Source: Felis catus (taxonomy: Eukaryota). Taken from it: a stretch of DNA of 64,000 nucleotides. The notes under the pieces were generated by a model that was given only the letters and a program-made list of their open reading frames with translations, searched no databases and was not told where the DNA came from. The stretch covers positions 15,316,001 through 15,380,000 of the forward strand of contig NC_058368.1 of NCBI RefSeq assembly GCF_018350175.1, written 5' to 3'. The stretch's first letter is position 1. Each line of letters starts with the position of its first letter. A program made the position numbers and the translations under genes. Shown here in pieces: positions 60,311 through 64,000 of this stretch.

Positions 60311-61149
60311 TTACAAACTAGAAGCAGAAGGCCTAGGTGGTTACCACTCCTGGAGAAAGAATGAAGCTCTCGAAAGTTTACATTTACTAGGCTCTAAAAA
60401 CGAGCAAAACTCCTCAGAATCCAAGCATAACTGATTAGTTTTCTTTTCCTTTTATGAAACAGATGGGAGATAAGTTACTAACAGAGTTCATATTGAATAT
60501 ACATGTATGAATTAATCAGGGCATAGCTGTATAATTATACAAGATATTATTTGAGGCCATCTTCCATATGTACTTATGGCACACAGACTTTGCTCCTGTC
60601 ACTTCATGTTGGAGGTGACTATGAGTAAGATACGGTGCCCCCAGCAAGGAGCTCAGAGCCTGATATGCTCAGGTTCAACTGGAGAGAGGGTCATCATTTT
60701 CTCGGTTCTAATGCCCATCTAAAACCCTGAAGAACCTAGGTTTCTGGAGAACCCAGGGCTCTTCTCCTGGCAAACATACTAGTCACAAGGCATGAAAGAA
60801 ACATCTAATATCAAGCAAAAAGCAATGAATGACAGAGTCTGAGGCCTTTCTTTCAAGGTTTCCAACGTCCTCCCAGTTTTGGCTCAGGCTCTCCTGCTTT
60901 CATCTGTGGGTCTCTCCTGTGGGTTTTGCCGCCCATTCTGCTGGCAGGAGCTTCTCTCAGGTGAGTCTCTGGACGTAGCTTCCTGCCAGCACACCTCCTG
61001 GCTTGCTGCCTTCTTCACGCTGAGCATCCGTCTGGAGCTCTTCCTGGACTTTACCAAAACAGTCTTGAAAGTCTCTCACTTCTAATGGAGCCAACTGCCA
61101 AGCTTGTTCATGGGAACAAATGGCTAGATCAATGGCCTTCTCTTCCTAT

Positions 61150-61330
61150 ATCTGTTTGACTGAGTATCTGCCAGGCACTATGCTAGGTGGTGGATACAAA
61201 GCTGGATAAAACACTGTTCCTACCATTAAGGAATTCACGGTCTATGGGGAAGTAAGTCATATTCACATATCACTTAAGTTACCTGTCATGTACTACCGTA
61301 AAGCTATAAACAGTATTATGGACACTGGAC
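61150..61330 (-). mobile_element. L2 3' fragment
   Basis: 'tgccaggcactatgctaggtggtggatacaaag...gttcctaccattaaggaattcacggtcta'. Confidence 0.75.
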
Positions 61331-61646
61331 CTAATCTCGGAGCTACAGAGGGATGCCTTCTGCCTCCCATGCATTTTTCTCTGCTGGGACATGGACGTGA
61401 ACCCGGCATACAGATGGTCACTGAAAGGCAAGACTTGTTTCCTTAAAGAGAAATAATGTCAGATTTAGATTTTCTTTATCCCTGATTTCACTGTCACAGA
61501 CCCCATCCCCATTAAGGAGATTTCCTCCAGAAGCCTGGTGTTCTTTCAAACCCTAGAACAAGGTGGAATTCTGGCTTCAAAGGATCACATCTAGCTGTGT
61601 CTGAGGGTTGGCTTAGCTCTCTGGGTGCTTGCTTGTTCCTTCTCTT

Positions 61647-61873
61647 TTTAAAAAAAAAAATTTTTTTTTTGACGTTTATTTATTTTTGAGACAGAGAGAG
61701 ACAGAGCATGAACAGGGGAGGGGCAGAGAGAGAGGGAAACACAGAATCTGAAATGGGCTCCAGGCTCTGAGCTTTCAGCACAGAGCCCGACGCGGGGCTC
61801 GAACTCACGGACCGTGAGATCATGACCTGAGCCGAAGTCAGACGCCCAACCGACTGAGCCACCCAGGCGCCCC
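61647..61873 (-). mobile_element. Feliform CanSINE
   Basis: 16-bp TSD GCTTGTTCCTTCTCTT at 61631-61646 and 61875-61890. Confidence 0.96.
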
Positions 61874-62075
61874 AGCTTGTTCCTTCTCTTGAGGCACTAG
61901 GACAAAAACACTAATACTCTCAAATCCACCATTGTTTATATTGCAAAAAAGATTAACATTCAGTGTAATTGCAGTATAAAATTCAGTTTTACAACGTGCT
62001 CTGTCTATAAAACAGTCATCACAATACAGTGCTCAAGATACTATTAAAGTAATGAGTTTTTAAAAACAAACATCA

Positions 62076-62303
62076 GGGGCGCCTGGGTGGCGCAGCCGGC
62101 TAAGCGTCCGACTTCAGCCAGGTCACGATCTCGCGGTCCGTGGGTTCGAGACCTGCGTCAGGCTCTGGGCTGATGGCTCAGAGCCTGGAGCCTGTTTCTG
62201 ATTCTGTGTCTCCCTCTCTCTCTGCTCCTCCCCCGTTCATGCTCTGTCTCTCTTTGTCCCAAAAATAAAAAACGTTGAAAAAAAAATTAAAAAAAAAAAA
62301 AAA
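62076..62303 (+). mobile_element. Young felid CanSINE
   Basis: TSD CAAACATCAG. Confidence 0.96.
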
Positions 62304-62636
62304 CCAAACATCAGAAGCTACATATGCAAATGATTGTCATTCCTTTTAAGATAGTTATGCTGGGCAGTTATAATCATTACAATTATGCTATCATAGTTTT
62401 ATATTAATTTCACAGAAAAATCAATTTTACTTTTATAAATTTTTTTCCTATTTTTTGATGCAATGTTATTTACTATGATGATCCAACTTATTTCTCTGAC
62501 TTTAAGTGACTTTTATTTTTTTTTCTAAAAATAAAGACTAATCTTAACAGATATAGTGCTTAAACTTCATCTGAAGTTGGTTTTTCCACTGTTCTTCAGA
62601 TAAAGATCAAAATCCTTTGTGTTATTAAGTAGATTG

Positions 62637-62640
<4 letters not shown>

Positions 62641-62682
<42 letters not shown>

Positions 62683-63146
62683 TTAAAGGGACTAAGTCTT
62701 TTTTTATTTTAAAATTTATTTATTTTGAGAGAGAGAGCATGAGCAGGGGAGGGGCAGAGAGAGAGGGAGAGAGAAAATTCCAAGCAGCTCCATGCTTAGC
62801 ACAGAACCCAATACAGGGCTCAATCTCACGACCACGAGATCACGACTTGAGCCAGCATCAAGAGTCCGATGCTTAGGGGCGCCTGGGTGGCGCAGTCGGT
62901 TAAGTGTCGGACTTCAGCCAGGTCACGATCTCGTGGTCCGTGAGTTCGAGCCCCGCATCGGGCTCTGGGCTAATGGCTCAGAGCCTGGAGCCTGTTTCCG
63001 ATTCTGTGTCTCCCTCTCTCTCTGCCCCTCCCCCGTTCATGCTCTGTCTCTCTCTGTCACAAAAATAAATAAACGTTGAAAAAAAAAAAATTAAAAAAAA
63101 AAAAAAAGAGTCCGATGCTTAACTGACTGAGCCACCCAGACGCCCC
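62641..63146 (-). mobile_element. Older CanSINE with (ATT)n tail, split by a young SINE
   Basis: TSD TAAGTAGATTG(C/T)ATT at 62626-62640 and 63147-63161. Confidence 0.92.
62876..63105 (+). mobile_element. Young felid CanSINE
   Basis: 16-bp TSD AAGAGTCCGATGCTTA at 62860-62875 and 63106-63121. Confidence 0.97.
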
Positions 63147-63559
63147 TAAGTAGATTGTATTATTGCTACCAAATATTTGCTGTTTTTCCCATCCCACTGA
63201 CATTTAGCCTAGCCATGAAACTTGCTATGTCCGATACAATGTGAGTAGAAGTGAATATGCCAGTTCCAGACAGATGATTTCAAAGCTCTGTGGTAGCTCA
63301 CCAAGGTTCTTTCCCTGTCCCTTTTGAGGCTGGTATGTCCCAGTTAAGAGTTGTTCCTTTGATCCCAAATGAAGATGTGGTGCAGGGTCTCAATCACCTT
63401 CCTATGGATATGTGACATGAGCAGGAAATAACCTTTTATTGTTCTGAGTCATTAAAATTTGGGGGATATTTGTTATCACAGCATAATGTAGCCCACTGCT
63501 GACTGAGATACAAGCATAGAAGGACTTGTATCATCTGCTGCCTTCATTCTTCCCAAGCA

Positions 63560-63795
63560 CATCTTTCTTTACTTTTCCTCTCTTCGCAATTCTGATACAA
63601 TCCATATATTCTGACCTTCTCTATATTCCTTGAAAATTCCAAATTCCTTCCTGTTTGAGGACGTTTACACATGCTATTTATTCTGCTTGAAGTCTGATTT
63701 TTTTTTCCTGCATTCTACTGCTTTTCTTCTTCCTTCACATAGCAAATGTCTACTTATGCTTTAGGTCTCAGGGAGGCTTTCTTTACTTTCTCCAG
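63560..63795 (+). mobile_element. L2 fragment
   Basis: 'tttacacatgctatttattctgcttgaag...tacttatgctttaggtctcag'. Confidence 0.6.
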
Positions 63796-63799
63796 AAAA

Positions 63800-64000
63800 A
63801 AGTGTAAAAATAGTTATTATGTATTCCATACATTCAAAAACTGAGAGACATATAGAAAAAAGGACCCACATAGAATTTCTAGAAATGTAAGCTACAATGC
63901 CTGAAGTGAAAATATACCAAATAGCATCAACAATGGATTATCTATTGCAGAGTAAGAGGTTACTGAACAAGACAGAAAATCAGCAAGGGTATAAAAGAAT
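63800..64000 (+). mobile_element. Old L1M ORF1 fragment (runs off the window)
   Basis: 'atagaatttctagaaatgtaagctacaatgcctgaagtgaaaatatacc...atcaacaatggatta'. Confidence 0.6.

Larger units (their letters stand above)
62618..63512 (+). mobile_element. MLT1I-like MaLR LTR interrupted near its 5' end by nested SINEs
   Basis: 3' end 'catgagcaggaaataaccttttattg...tttgggggatatttgttatcacagcataatgtagcc...gactgagataca'. Confidence 0.75.

Noticed and set aside
60870..61075. Minus-strand open frame resembling a protein C-terminus (KSRKSSRRMLSVKK...)
   Set aside because: In-frame TGA immediately upstream and only a weak acceptor

Overview
Mammalian non-coding genomic DNA from a felid, probably cat or a close relative. 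About 35 tRNA-derived CanSINEs are present, nine of them near-identical young felid copies. The window is dominated by transposable elements: old antisense L1M fragments; a 6.3-kb carnivore L1 with a perfect 14-bp TSD, a deleted RT domain and several nested insertions; L2 and MIR relics; MaLR (MLT1) LTRs; ERV LTRs (MER21-, MER34-, MER67- and LTR16-like) with an ERVL pol relic; and hAT-Charlie MITEs. No host protein-coding exon, RNA gene or CRISPR array can be supported, and the listed ORFs are repeat-derived or chance ORFs. The region looks intergenic or deep-intronic. The best leads are: (1) a consensus recursive-splice (AG|GTAAGT) motif at 3762/3763, built from an L2 relic; (2) a 25-nt cis-templated insertion inside the L1; (3) a MaLR LTR split by a captured ~600-bp mosaic; (4) an RFX X-box in a CpG-retaining patch; (5) two unexplained hairpin structures; and (6) repeated SINE-on-SINE insertions with intact TSDs. 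I found no convincing novel multi-component system. Repeat subfamily names come from recalled consensus features and need RepeatMasker/Dfam confirmation.
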